Source of the DNA: Candidatus Velthaea sp. | Lineage (GTDB): Bacteria > Vulcanimicrobiota > Vulcanimicrobiia > Vulcanimicrobiales > Vulcanimicrobiaceae | Length of the DNA stretch: 64,000 nt | Reading direction: 5' to 3' | Assembly: GCA_965214935.1 (NCBI GenBank) | Contig: CBDCCS010000010.1 | Location: 224,001 to 288,000, forward strand | In this document: piece after piece, positions 11,151 through 21,456 of the stretch | Layout: each line of letters starts with the position of its first letter | Numbering within the stretch: position 1 is the stretch's first letter | Notes under the pieces: generated by a model | Seen by the model: only the letters and a program-made list of their open reading frames with translations | What the model was told of the DNA's origin: nothing | Databases searched by the model: none | Program-made: the position numbers and the translations under genes

Positions 11151-11804
11151 TTATCCGGCGCGCAATTGCAAAGCGGCCGCATCGATCGAAGCGACGATCC
11201 CGGCGACGGCGATGGCACGGTGACTGACGCGATTCTTCTGCTCGTCGCTCAATTCGCCGAACGTCTTACGCGCCGGCGGATACCAAAAGATCGGATCGAA
11301 CGAAAAGCCAAGTTCGCCGCGTTCGGCGAGCGCAATCTCGCCGTCAATGGTGCCGAACGACGCGAACTCGCGGCCATCGGCTCCGATATAGTGCAGCGCG
11401 CACACAAAGCGCGCGCGCCGTTCGGCACCCGTCAGCGTACCAATTTCGGCGAGCAAGAGGGCGCGGCGCTGCGGCCAGCTCGCTTCGGCTCCGCCGTACT
11501 CCGCGGTCGCGACGCCCGGCCGCCCGGCCAAGGCAAAAACTTCGAGTCCGGAGTCATCGGCGAGGACGCCTTGCGTGCGCCCGGGGCCGGCTAAGCGCTC
11601 GTGCAGCGCACGCGCTTTAAGCGCGGCATTATCGGCATAGCTGCGGTCGCCTTCGAGCGGGCTGACGTAAGCGGACGACGGCCCGACGGCAATGCCGCGC
11701 GCCGCGAACAACGCACGCATCTCGCGCAATTTGCCGGCGTTACTCGTGGCGACGATGATGCCGCACGTCCGTGGATCGGTCGCCGCCGACGCAACCGGAT
11801 TCAC
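11151..11804 (-). CDS. rdgB: RdgB/HAM1 non-canonical purine NTP pyrophosphatase
   Basis: [31 protein letters not shown]. Confidence 0.92.
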   Translation of the reverse strand: MNPVASAATDPRTCGIIVATSNAGKLREMRALFAARGIAVGPSSAYVSPLEGDRSYADNAALKARALHERLAGPGRTQGVLADDSGLEVFALAGRPGVATAEYGGAEASWPQRRALLLAEIGTLTGAERRARFVCALHYIGADGREFASFGTIDGEIALAERGELGFSFDPIFWYPPARKTFGELSDEQKNRVSHRAIAVAGIVASIDAAALQLRAG

Positions 11805-13633
11805 TCCTCGTCGAGCCGCAACACCGCCATGAAAGCTTCCTGCGGCAGATCGACGCGCCCGACACGCTTCATTCGTTCCTTACCGGCCTTTTGTTTTTCC
11901 AGCAGCTTGCGCTTGCGCGAAATATCGCCGCCGTAGCACTTTGCCAGCACGTTTTTGCGCAAGGCCCCAACGGTCTCGCGCGCGACGACTTTGCCGCCGA
12001 TCGCCGCTTGGATTGGGACGTCGAACATCTGGCGCGGAATGAGCTCTTTGAGCTTGTCGGTCAACAGCCGCCCGCGCACCGGCGCTTTTTCGCGCGCAAC
12101 GATGAACGACAACGCGTCGACCGGCTCGCCGTTAAGCAGTATCTCCAGTTTTACCAGATCGCCTTCGCGATAGCCGATCAACTCGTAATCGAGCGACGCA
12201 TAGCCTTTGGTACGCGATTTGAGTTGGTCGAAATAATCGATGATGACTTCGATGAGCGGCATCTCGTACGTGAGGATGACGCGCCCGTCGATGAGATACT
12301 CCATATTGCCCAGCGTGCCGCGCCGATTCTGGGTAAGTTCCATGATCGCCCCGACGTACTCGGGCGGCGTGATCACGGTCGACTTGACGTACGGCTCTTC
12401 CATGATCTCGATTTTATCGCGCACCGGCATTTTCGCCGGGTTGTCGATGAGCATCACGCCACCGTCGGTCAGCGTAACTCGGAATACGACCGACGGCGAC
12501 GTTGCGATCAAGTCGAGATTGTAGTTTCGTTCTAACCGCTCTTGCACGATCTCCATGTGCAGCAGCCCCAAGAAACCGCAACGAAAGCCGAAGCCCAGCG
12601 CGATCGACGATTCGGGCTCGAAGTGCAGCGCCGAGTCGTTGAGTGCCAGCTTCTCGAGCGCATCGCGCAGGTCGCCGACCTCGACGCCTTCGTTGGGATA
12701 CAAACCGCAATACACCATCGGCACGATCGGTTTGTAGCCCGGCAACGCCTCGAGCGCCGGATTCGCCGCTTCGGTAATCGTATCGCCGACATCCATTTCG
12801 CCCAGCGACTTGATGTTGGCAATGACATAGCCCACGTTACCGATCTCGAGTTCACCCGTCTTGACCATGCCCGGTTTGAACACGCCGACTTCGGTCGCCT
12901 CATACACGCGCTTGTGCGCCATCGACATGAACTTCGAGCCGGCTTTGAGCGCCCCGTCGACGATACGCACGTACGCAACGACGCCGCGATACGGATCGAA
13001 CTGCGCATCGAAGACCAGCCCGCGCAACTGTTCGACTTTCCCGGTCGGCGACGGAATGCGTTTGACGATCGCTTCGAGGATCTCGGTGATACCGATGCCT
13101 TCTTTTGCGCTGCACAAAATTGCATCGCTGGCTTCGATAATGAGCAGTTCTTCGATCTCTTTCTTTACGCGCTCGGGATCGGCCGCCGGCAAATCGATCT
13201 TATTGATCACGGGGATGATCGTGAGATTGTTCTCGAGAGCGAGATGGTAATTGGCCAGCGTTTGCGCTTCGATCCCTTGCGCGGCATCGATGACGAGCAG
13301 CGCGCCTTCACAGGCTTTGAGCGAGCGCGACACTTCGGAACTGAAATCGACGTGTCCGGGCGTATCGATGAAATTCAATTCGTATGTTTGCCCGTCGTTG
13401 GCAATATACGACAGCGTCACGGGATGCATCTTGATCGTGATCCCGCGCTCGCGTTCGAGATCCATCGCATCGAGCATTTGCTCGCCGATCTGACGCTGTT
13501 CGATCGTCCGCGTCACCTCGAGCAGCCGGTCGGACAGCGTCGTCTTGCCATGATCGATATGCGCGATGATGCAAAAATTCCGAACGTTGACGGGGCCCTT
13601 GACGGGCATGATGAGAGGTTTGGGCTCAATCAC
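11801..13633 (-). CDS. lepA: Elongation factor 4
   Basis: [48 protein letters not shown]. Confidence 0.99.
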   Translation of the reverse strand: MIEPKPLIMPVKGPVNVRNFCIIAHIDHGKTTLSDRLLEVTRTIEQRQIGEQMLDAMDLERERGITIKMHPVTLSYIANDGQTYELNFIDTPGHVDFSSEVSRSLKACEGALLVIDAAQGIEAQTLANYHLALENNLTIIPVINKIDLPAADPERVKKEIEELLIIEASDAILCSAKEGIGITEILEAIVKRIPSPTGKVEQLRGLVFDAQFDPYRGVVAYVRIVDGALKAGSKFMSMAHKRVYEATEVGVFKPGMVKTGELEIGNVGYVIANIKSLGEMDVGDTITEAANPALEALPGYKPIVPMVYCGLYPNEGVEVGDLRDALEKLALNDSALHFEPESSIALGFGFRCGFLGLLHMEIVQERLERNYNLDLIATSPSVVFRVTLTDGGVMLIDNPAKMPVRDKIEIMEEPYVKSTVITPPEYVGAIMELTQNRRGTLGNMEYLIDGRVILTYEMPLIEVIIDYFDQLKSRTKGYASLDYELIGYREGDLVKLEILLNGEPVDALSFIVAREKAPVRGRLLTDKLKELIPRQMFDVPIQAAIGGKVVARETVGALRKNVLAKCYGGDISRKRKLLEKQKAGKERMKRVGRVDLPQEAFMAVLRLDEE

Positions 13634-13648
13634 GATGGCGGCGTTTCT

Positions 13649-13921
13649 TTAGAATACAGAACAACTGTACTGCGCAACAATCGTGTTGTTGACGTACTGA
13701 ATGATCAAAATGACGACGAAGAACGACAAGTCCAGTCCGCCGATGGGCGGGATGATGCGTCGCACCGGAACGAGCACCGGCTCGACGAGCCGCGTAATGA
13801 CGTCGCTCCAGCGGCCGCGCAAACTCGGCACCCAAGACAGCAGTGCGTAGATCAGCATCAGCAGGAGATAGACGTTGAGAATGACGTGAATGGCGCCGTA
13901 GACGTGGCAAAGGGGATCCAT
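13649..13921 (-). CDS. YggT family membrane protein
   Basis: ALLSWV...LVEPVLVPVRRIIPPIGGLDLS. Confidence 0.9.
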   Translation of the reverse strand: MDPLCHVYGAIHVILNVYLLLMLIYALLSWVPSLRGRWSDVITRLVEPVLVPVRRIIPPIGGLDLSFFVVILIIQYVNNTIVAQYSCSVF

Positions 13922-13924
13922 AGA

Positions 13925-14860
13925 CTACTGTACGCTCGAATCGGCCGGAAGTGTCGCGAGCACGTTGGCCGGGATTCCGTTGAGAAACGGCAGCGGATCG
14001 ACGGCGACCCCGTCATGCATGAGCTGATAATGCAAGTGCGCACCAGTCGATTCACCGGTCGAACCGACCGCGGCAATCTCGTCGCCTTTGCGGATTGCAT
14101 CACCGGGCCGGACCGATGCCCGCGACAGATGACAGTACCAGGTGTGGTATCCGTTGCCGTGATCGATATCGACCTTGATGCCGAAGCCGCCGTCCCAACC
14201 GGACGACGCGACGACGCCGGCTGCTGCGGCATGCACGGGCGCACCGTACGCAGCCGCTAAATCGAGGCCTTTGTGAAACTCCGGAAACGGATTCGTCCGG
14301 TAGCCGAACGCCGCATTGATTGCGCCGCCGACCGGATTGAGCGACGGAATCGCCGCGAGCATGCGATAGCGCGCGATCGATGCGAGGTGACGGAGGTTGA
14401 GCACGCGGCCGGCGAGGCGCGACAGCCGCGCAGTTCGCAAGCGCGTTCGGGCCGAAAGCCCGGCCAGCCGCTCCAAATGCCGGCCGAGACCGGCGACGCT
14501 CGAGCGGTCGCGTTCGAGCATCGCATGCTCCTCGACCCGGGCCGCGGGTGACTTGACGCGCGTGCCGAGTGCGCGGCCGATCGCTTCGATCCGGCGCTCG
14601 CTTTCGGCATTCTGGCGCTGCAAGGTCTGCGCTTGGCGCTCCATCGCATCGAGCTTTCCCTGCTCGTCGCGACGCTGTGCTTCGAGCCGTCCGGCGTCGG
14701 CCGCCGCGACGCGAAGCTGCGCGAAATCCACGCTCAACAAACCGCCGATTACCAGCGTGAAGAGCCCGGCGAGCAGCATGACGTGGACGCCCCGAACGTG
14801 GATGCGGTAGAACGCGGAACCCGCCAGTCGCAAAAACTTAAGGAGAAAACCGCACTTCAC
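13925..14860 (-). CDS. M23 family metallopeptidase with TM and coiled coil
   Basis: FHKGLD, YCHL, STGAHLHYQ; GTG start overlaps the upstream TGA (GTGA). Confidence 0.9.
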   Translation of the reverse strand: MKCGFLLKFLRLAGSAFYRIHVRGVHVMLLAGLFTLVIGGLLSVDFAQLRVAAADAGRLEAQRRDEQGKLDAMERQAQTLQRQNAESERRIEAIGRALGTRVKSPAARVEEHAMLERDRSSVAGLGRHLERLAGLSARTRLRTARLSRLAGRVLNLRHLASIARYRMLAAIPSLNPVGGAINAAFGYRTNPFPEFHKGLDLAAAYGAPVHAAAAGVVASSGWDGGFGIKVDIDHGNGYHTWYCHLSRASVRPGDAIRKGDEIAAVGSTGESTGAHLHYQLMHDGVAVDPLPFLNGIPANVLATLPADSSVQ

Positions 14861-15330
14861 CGGGCCGCCGCCGCTGCCCGCGCTTTTGCAATCGCCGCGA
14901 CCTCTTCGTTCGAGCTCTCCTGCACGGAGGCAAAGGCGGTCACGGCTTTGCCGTACGTGCGCGTTTCTTCGCGCGACCAAATACTTGAAATGACCACACC
15001 GTCGCCGCTCTTGGACACCAGCGCCAGAGCATACGACAGATCCGCGCCGGTGTTCTCGAAGGCGTTGTAGCGCACGAAGCCGATGTGGGGAACCGCCTGC
15101 ACGACCGTTTCGATTGTGTGGACGCGCCCGGTGAGTTCGCGCGTCGAGGCTTGCAACGCGGCAACCCGATCTGTCGGCAGGCCGCTGCCGTCACCGAGAA
15201 TGGCCGCGTGGCTGTCGAGCGCCGCGGTTAATTTGCGCAGGCGCGGCGCGACGACCAGCACGTGATACGTGCCGAACATGACAAGCGCACCGCCGAGTGC
15301 AACGAGCACGGTCGAGCTAAGGTTCTGCAC
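14857..15330 (-). CDS. DUF4446 family membrane protein
   Basis: N-terminal TM, GFVRYNAFENTGADLSYALAL, SREETRTYGK. Confidence 0.8.
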   Translation of the reverse strand: MQNLSSTVLVALGGALVMFGTYHVLVVAPRLRKLTAALDSHAAILGDGSGLPTDRVAALQASTRELTGRVHTIETVVQAVPHIGFVRYNAFENTGADLSYALALVSKSGDGVVISSIWSREETRTYGKAVTAFASVQESSNEEVAAIAKARAAAAAR

Positions 15331-15381
15331 GAAACTCCAACGCTAGAGAAGGGGCCGCTCCGCCGGCACCTTACCATAAAG

Positions 15382-15499
15382 GCCAAGACGAGAGCTAGGT
15401 AATCCGCGGCACACGAAATGGCCCGCTTACCGTTGCTTCCTTCCGAATCTGGCGGAGTTCACGGGTTTGCGTTGCGCGGAGCCCAACCCTCGTCGAGGC
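15382..15499 (-). ncRNA. ffs: Signal recognition particle RNA (small type)
   Basis: Helix 8 motif CCGCCAGATTCGGAAGGAAGCAACGG inside a long stem GACGAGGGTTGGG...CCTAGCTCTCGTC; extended -10 TGcTATCAT at 15507-15515. Confidence 0.92.
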
Positions 15500-15580
15500 T
15501 TCGCCTATGATAGCACATGGCTGCGATCCGACCCTTGCAGCAGCGCTGACGCACGGCTGCAAGTGACGCGCCGCTGCGCG

Positions 15581-16690
15581 TCAGCGTCCGCCGTCTTTAA
15601 CGAAGTCGGGCGGAATCTCGAACAGTCCGGCGTTGGCGGAGGTCAGCGAGTGAACGTTTCCGCGTTCGGTCAAGAAGACGAATCCTGGTGCCGGTGACGC
15701 TTGGGGCGAAGGCGAACCAGCGGCACCGCTGACGCCGATCGTCTGATACAGCGAAAGATTCTGCGCCGGTACGGCCGGGCCCGACGCATGCGCGACAAAC
15801 GTCGGGCGGCAGCCGCCCGAGGCGACGAAGTTCAGCGGTTCGCGCGGGTACGAATGAACCGCAGGTACCGCGGTCATCGGGCAGCTTACGCCGGGAGCCG
15901 GAAAGCGCGTAAAATAGGCCTTGGAGTGGAACGCAAAGTTGCCGTTGCGGCAGCTGCCCGTGGCTTGCGAAAGTGCAAATGTCGAAGTGTTATCAAAACC
16001 GGCGGTATCGAGACCTTCGAGCCGCTTGGCACCGAGCGGTTTAACGACGTTGGTAAAGCTTGCAACAGCCGTTCCCGGTGCCTCGGGCGGCACGGTATCG
16101 CGCACGCGGGTGTGGCGTTTCGGCGGTTCGGCGGTTGTCTCGGCGAGAGCGCTGCGGTCGGCCGTATCGATCATGCTGTAGGTCTTCTTGGTGAGATCGA
16201 GCCGGATGATTTGGTGCAAGTCGCACTTCGTAATCGTCGCCGTCGAAGCCGCAAGGTCATCGACGCGTTCCCAGCCCAAATAGAAGCTATGCCGCTCGAT
16301 ACGGCCTTGCAGCAGACCGTGCAGCATGCCGGCCAGTGCGCCGCCTGTTTGCGCCATCACCCGGTCGACTTGGGCGTCGAGAGCATTACCGACGAGCGCA
16401 TCGGTCGCGCCGCCGGCCACTGCTCCGGCGACATTGCCGTTCATCAAGCCTCCGGCCAACGCGCCGAGGTTAAAACCATGCCGGCGCGGGGCTGCCGATG
16501 CCGCGACGGGCGCCGGCGAACTGATGGCGGCCGCGTCGGCGCTGAAATTTCCCGGCGGGGGCGGGGTTGCGCCGCTGATGACGCGGTCGATTTCATCGTA
16601 CTGCAGCCCGGTCGAAGCTGCATGCGGAACGGCGGGCAACAGCATCGCGAACGCGACCGTTGCAGTCAAACGAACGAGCGATCGGAGCAT
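15581..16690 (-). CDS. Secreted hypothetical protein with Gly-rich segment and DUF4412-like C-terminus
   Basis: Signal peptide ...VPHA-AS; Cys pairs; ends GLFEIPPDFVK. Confidence 0.7.
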   Translation of the reverse strand: MLRSLVRLTATVAFAMLLPAVPHAASTGLQYDEIDRVISGATPPPPGNFSADAAAISSPAPVAASAAPRRHGFNLGALAGGLMNGNVAGAVAGGATDALVGNALDAQVDRVMAQTGGALAGMLHGLLQGRIERHSFYLGWERVDDLAASTATITKCDLHQIIRLDLTKKTYSMIDTADRSALAETTAEPPKRHTRVRDTVPPEAPGTAVASFTNVVKPLGAKRLEGLDTAGFDNTSTFALSQATGSCRNGNFAFHSKAYFTRFPAPGVSCPMTAVPAVHSYPREPLNFVASGGCRPTFVAHASGPAVPAQNLSLYQTIGVSGAAGSPSPQASPAPGFVFLTERGNVHSLTSANAGLFEIPPDFVKDGGR

Positions 16691-16706
16691 AAGGGAACGT
16701 ACGAGC

Positions 16707-17888
16707 ATGATAGCGGCTGTCCTTGCGAATTTAGCTAATCGTGCGCTGCGGACGGCGTTGACCGTCGGCGGCATTGCCGTCGGCATTCTGGCCCTCGTCG
16801 TTGTCGGTTCGCTCGCCGAACGGCTACAAACAATCGTCGGGCGGTCGCTCGCGCTCAACACCGGCTCGCTGTTTGCCGTGGCGACCGGTTTCGATCGCGG
16901 CGACAGTGCGTCGCAGGCCGGCCAGCTGGCGCGTGCGGCCGGTACGATCCGGCATTTCGGCGGCGTTCGCGACGTCGTTGCCGAGGTGATCGTGCCGTAC
17001 GCGGTGGCGGGCGCCGGAGCGGATCCCGGCCGGTTCGGTCCGCCGGCGCTGGTGTTCGGTTTCCCGCCGGCCGCACGCGCCTACCAGCGATCCGCGCCGC
17101 GCGTTGCCGACGGCCGCGACTTACGTTCGGACGACGTCCGCTCGGCCGTGATCGGTGCGGATTTTGCGGCTTCCGCCGACGCGCGAGTCGGTTCGACGAT
17201 CGCCGTCTACGGCAACTCGTTTCACGTTGTCGGCATCATTGAAAAATCGTTTACGCTTTTCGATGCCGCGATCGTCGTGCCGTTCGCACAAGCGCAATTA
17301 CTGATGCTTCAAGACGTTACGCCCGCAGCGCCGCGCTTGCCGCACGCGCCGGCCACGGCGCTCATGGTGGTCGTTGCGCCCGGCACCGATACCGCCTTGC
17401 TGGCGCGACGCATCAACCTCATGACCGGTTTGCAAGCGCGCGATCCGAAAGCAACCGCCGCGAACTTCGCATCCGTGACGTCGATCTTCGATGCCATTAT
17501 CTTCGGGGCGGCGCTCATCGCACTTGTCGTCGGCGCATTTTCGATCGTCAACACGATGACGATCGCCGTAACGGAACGCACGCGCGAGATCGGCATTCGG
17601 AAAGCAATCGGCGCGGGCGACGGGGACATTTTGCGCGAGTTCATGCTCGAAGCCGCCGTGATCGGGGCTCTCGGCGCCGTCGCGGGGATCGCGACCGGCG
17701 CCCTCGTCGTCGACTACGTGAACGCGCGCAATGCCGCGGTCGGCAGTCTCGAACTCTTTGCCGTCACCCCGCGTCTGATCGTCGGATCCTTTGCCTTCGC
17801 CGTCGTGCTCAGTGTCGTTGCCGGGCTGCTGCCCGCGCTGCGCGCCGCTCGGCTCGATCCAACGGAGGCTTTACGCCGAAACGCTTGA
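16707..17888 (+). CDS. MacB/FtsX-type (type VII) ABC permease
   Basis: LRTALTVGGIAVG, ERTREIGIRKAIGA, PALRAARLDPTEALR. Confidence 0.93.
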   Translation: MIAAVLANLANRALRTALTVGGIAVGILALVVVGSLAERLQTIVGRSLALNTGSLFAVATGFDRGDSASQAGQLARAAGTIRHFGGVRDVVAEVIVPYAVAGAGADPGRFGPPALVFGFPPAARAYQRSAPRVADGRDLRSDDVRSAVIGADFAASADARVGSTIAVYGNSFHVVGIIEKSFTLFDAAIVVPFAQAQLLMLQDVTPAAPRLPHAPATALMVVVAPGTDTALLARRINLMTGLQARDPKATAANFASVTSIFDAIIFGAALIALVVGAFSIVNTMTIAVTERTREIGIRKAIGAGDGDILREFMLEAAVIGALGAVAGIATGALVVDYVNARNAAVGSLELFAVTPRLIVGSFAFAVVLSVVAGLLPALRAARLDPTEALRRNA

Positions 17889-17928
17889 ACTTTCGCCTGT
17901 TTCGCCCCTCCAGGAGACGTCCACCGCC

Positions 17929-19974
17929 GTGCGCATCACTCGTTACCTCACCTGTCTTGCGCTCATCGGAGCGACGGCCGGCAGCGCGCCCGGCGCGATC
18001 CCCGGAGCGGCCGTTGCGGCGGTTCCGTTAACGATCGATTGGAATCGCGGGCCCGCCCAAGTCAGCGCGACGTGCAATGCCGAGATCGGCCGCGCTCAAC
18101 AACGCGTGACGGCGCTGACCGCACTGCGATCGAATCGTACGTTTGCAACGGTCGTACAGCCGCTCGAAACCATTTTTGCCGATCTCAACGACGACACCGC
18201 GGCCGAACAATTTCTCACCAATGTTTCGACCGACAAAGCCGTGCGCGACGCGTCGCTCGCATGCAACTCCGCCCAGGCCGCGTTTGCCGGCGAAGTCACG
18301 GCTCGTCCGGCGCTCTTCGCCGCCCTGAAAGCAGCGAAGACATCCAACACCGCGAGCAGCGATGCGCAACGGAAATTGACCGATCTCTGGCTGACGGCAA
18401 GCACGCGCGCCGGCGCGGGTCTGCCGCAGCAGCAGCATGACGAATTCGTGAAGCTCAGCGCGCAATTGAGCGGCTTACAGAACCAATTTGAATCGAATCT
18501 CGGCAACGATGCGACGACGATTGCTTTGACGGCGGCGCAACTCGCCGGGCTGCCGGCCGATCTCAGCGCGACCTTTACAAAGTCCGGCGCTAGCTTCGTC
18601 GTACCGGTCAACGAAAGCACCGTTACGCCGTTCATGCAGAATGCGACCGACGAATCGGCTCGCAGAGCGTACTACCTCGCTTACTACAATCGCGGCGGCA
18701 GCAAGAATGTCGCATTACTCGAACAAGCAATCGGCATTCGCGACCGGCTCGGCCATCTTTTCGGTTATCCAAGTTGGGCGGCATATGTGTTAGCCGACAA
18801 GATGGCCCAAACGCCGCAACGTGTCGATGCGTTCCTCGCGAACATCGATGCCGCCATCTTGCCCAAGGCACGCGCGGAACGGGCCGCGCTCGCCGCGCTC
18901 AAAGGCGGCGGCTCGTTCGAGAACTGGGACACCGCATTTTACGAAACGCAATTGCGTAAGCAGAAATATAGCGTCGATCAAACCGCGATTAAACAATACT
19001 TTCCGGTACAGCACACCGTCGACGCGGTCCTCGCGGTGTATGCCGAACTGCTGAGCGTTTCATTCAAGCCGATCGTTGCGCCGCAGATTTACAACCCTGA
19101 AGTTCTCGCATATGAAGTGCACGATGGTCCCAGCGGCGTGCTGCTCGGTAAGTTCTATCTCGATCTGTTTCCGCGACCCGGTAAGTACGATCATTTCGCG
19201 AGCTTTCCGATCGTGCCGCGCCGCGTGCTGCCCGACGGCAGCGTGCGCGCACCGATCGCTGCAATCGTCGGAAACTGGTCGCGTCCGGCGGCCGGCCGGC
19301 CGGCTCTGCTTTCGCACGACGAAGTCGAAACGTTCTTCCATGAATTCGGCCACAATATGGCAGCGATGCTCGCCGACGAGCCGTACGAAACGCTCAACTC
19401 CGGTTTCCGCGCCGATTTCATTGAAGCGCCTTCGCAGATGCTTGAGAATTGGGTTTGGGACCCGGGCATTCTCAAAGCGATTTCGTCCAACGTTACGACC
19501 GGTGCGCCGTTGCCCGACGCATTGATCGCAAAGATGATCGCCGCGCGGTACGTCGATTATGCATATGCAACGTCGCAACAGATTCTGTATGCGTCGGTCG
19601 ACATGGCGTATCACACTGCCGGTCAAAACGTCGATACGACGGCAATTTGGAAGCGCACCGTGAGCGAACGGACGCCCAATCAATTCGTCGACGGAACGCA
19701 TCCGCAGGCGGCATTCGGTCATCTCATGGGCGGTTATGACGCCGGCTATTACGGTTACTTGTGGTCGAAAGTTTACGCCCAAGATATGTTTACTGCATTC
19801 CGGACGGCCGGGTTGGAAGATCCCGGAATCGGGCGGCGCTATCGCGACGACATCTTAGCGCCGGCGCGGACGTACGAGCCGGATGCCGAGGTATCGGCGT
19901 TCCTTGGGCGGGCGATGAATCCGGCGGCGTTTTACGCCGAGCTTGGAATCGCGCCCCAAGCGTCGATGCGCTGA
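17929..19974 (+). CDS. Secreted M3 family (thimet oligopeptidase-like) metallopeptidase
   Basis: FFHEFGH, DFIEAPSQMLENW, YDAGYYGYLWS; AGGAG SD before GTG; signal peptide. Confidence 0.95.
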   Translation: MRITRYLTCLALIGATAGSAPGAIPGAAVAAVPLTIDWNRGPAQVSATCNAEIGRAQQRVTALTALRSNRTFATVVQPLETIFADLNDDTAAEQFLTNVSTDKAVRDASLACNSAQAAFAGEVTARPALFAALKAAKTSNTASSDAQRKLTDLWLTASTRAGAGLPQQQHDEFVKLSAQLSGLQNQFESNLGNDATTIALTAAQLAGLPADLSATFTKSGASFVVPVNESTVTPFMQNATDESARRAYYLAYYNRGGSKNVALLEQAIGIRDRLGHLFGYPSWAAYVLADKMAQTPQRVDAFLANIDAAILPKARAERAALAALKGGGSFENWDTAFYETQLRKQKYSVDQTAIKQYFPVQHTVDAVLAVYAELLSVSFKPIVAPQIYNPEVLAYEVHDGPSGVLLGKFYLDLFPRPGKYDHFASFPIVPRRVLPDGSVRAPIAAIVGNWSRPAAGRPALLSHDEVETFFHEFGHNMAAMLADEPYETLNSGFRADFIEAPSQMLENWVWDPGILKAISSNVTTGAPLPDALIAKMIAARYVDYAYATSQQILYASVDMAYHTAGQNVDTTAIWKRTVSERTPNQFVDGTHPQAAFGHLMGGYDAGYYGYLWSKVYAQDMFTAFRTAGLEDPGIGRRYRDDILAPARTYEPDAEVSAFLGRAMNPAAFYAELGIAPQASMR

Positions 19975-20651
19975 GCGACGCGGTCGTCGCATTGCGCGAC
20001 GTCGTTAAAATTCACGCCGGCGGAACCGCGACGCAGGTGCGTGCGCTAGCCGGCGTTTCGTTTGATATCGAGCGTGGTGCGCACGTGGCGATCGTTGGTG
20101 AAAGCGGCAGCGGCAAAACCACGCTCATGCATATCCTCGGTGCGCTCGACCGGCCCACGAGCGGCAGCGTCGTCATCGACGGCGTCGACATCACGCACGC
20201 CGGTCGCACAACGCTCAAGCTGCTGCGCGCGACGAGAATCGGTTTCGTCTTTCAAGGCTTCAATCTGATCGCGTCGCTCGACGCGCTCGAGAACGTCATG
20301 CTGCCGGCGCGTTATGCCGGAGTTTCGCCGCTGCATGCGCGGCAACGCGCGCGCCGATTACTTGCCGACGTCGGCTTGGCCGACCGCATGCAGCATCGGC
20401 CGGCGCAGCTTTCGGGCGGACAGCAACAGCGAGTCGCGATCGCGCGCGCGCTCGTCAACGAACCGGCGCTCATTCTCGCCGACGAACCGACGGGCGAACT
20501 GGACCGGCGCACGAGCGAGACGGTGCTGAGCTTACTCGAACGCGTCAACACGAGCGCCGGCCATACGCTCGTCGTCGTTACGCACAGCGAGTCGGTCTGG
20601 CAGCGCGCACAACGCGTCATTCGCATTGCCGACGGTGCACTTGTCGCGTAG
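19971..20651 (+). CDS. LolD/MacB-type ABC ATPase
   Basis: GESGSGKTT, LSGGQQQR, LADEPTG; start uncertain (CTG 19971 or TTG 19992). Confidence 0.93.
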   Translation: MSDAVVALRDVVKIHAGGTATQVRALAGVSFDIERGAHVAIVGESGSGKTTLMHILGALDRPTSGSVVIDGVDITHAGRTTLKLLRATRIGFVFQGFNLIASLDALENVMLPARYAGVSPLHARQRARRLLADVGLADRMQHRPAQLSGGQQQRVAIARALVNEPALILADEPTGELDRRTSETVLSLLERVNTSAGHTLVVVTHSESVWQRAQRVIRIADGALVA

Positions 20652-21381
20652 GCGCCGCGCGACGGTAACGCTGGCGGCGTCGGCCGTCATTGCCGCCGCG
20701 CTTGGGGCGTGCACCGCCGCGCGGCACAGCGTATCGGCAGCAGCGCCGGTGGCTCCGGCGGTGCAACTTGCCGTTCTGGGCGACAGCTTGGCGTTCGGCA
20801 CCGGGGCCGGCGATTCGTCGGGCGGGTTTGCCTTTCGCATCTACCGGTCGCTCGCGCTCGCGCGGCCGGGCAGTGAGATCACGAACACCGCGATCGGCGG
20901 CAGTACGGCCGCCGATGTGCTGCGACTGCAAACCGGCCGTCTGCACGAGCGGCGCTTCGATTTGGTGCTGCTGTGCGTGGGCGGGAACGACGTCGTTCGC
21001 GGCACGCCGACGGCAGTGTTCGCACGGGAGTATCGCGGCTTATTGAGTGTCATTCGGCGCACGGCGCCGGCCGCGGCACTCGTCGCCGTCGGCGTTCCCG
21101 ACGTCTCGATCAGTCCGTTATTTGCCGACCATGCTGTCGCCGTCCGCCGCCTCGCGCAGGCCGATGATGAGGCGGCGCGGACCGCCGCGAATGCGGCCGG
21201 TGCCGCTTACGTCGATTTGTTCAACTTCACGCGACGCGTTCGCGACCCGGCCGTCTTTCTTTCGGCCGACCGGTTCCATCCTTCGGATAGCGGACACGCG
21301 CAAATCGCCGCGCAAGCGCTGCCCGTCGTCGAAGCAGAGCTTGCGCGCCGCATGCCGGTAACGCTACGCAAACCGGGTTGA
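20641..21381 (+). CDS. SGNH/GDSL hydrolase lipoprotein
   Basis: Lipobox LGAC; GDSL, GGND, DRFHP. Confidence 0.9.
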   Translation: MSRRRRATVTLAASAVIAAALGACTAARHSVSAAAPVAPAVQLAVLGDSLAFGTGAGDSSGGFAFRIYRSLALARPGSEITNTAIGGSTAADVLRLQTGRLHERRFDLVLLCVGGNDVVRGTPTAVFAREYRGLLSVIRRTAPAAALVAVGVPDVSISPLFADHAVAVRRLAQADDEAARTAANAAGAAYVDLFNFTRRVRDPAVFLSADRFHPSDSGHAQIAAQALPVVEAELARRMPVTLRKPG

Positions 21382-21456
21382 CGGCGTGCCGCGTGCGGGC
21401 GTTAGCATTGTGCAACGACGGGTTCACTTTGCGCGACGCGATCCGATAATGCAAGC

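Noticed and set aside
10979..11218. N-terminal extension of the MOSC ORF, and similar ORF-track extensions at 29585, 47899 and 53446
   Set aside because: They overlap tRNA-Pro or other real genes; family motifs begin at downstream starts
12542..14260. 572-aa plus-strand ORF and similar long antisense or alternate-frame ORFs (e.g. 15701-16738, 35547-36452, 58048-59001)
   Set aside because: Shadow frames of well-supported genes, expected in GC-rich DNA; no family motifs
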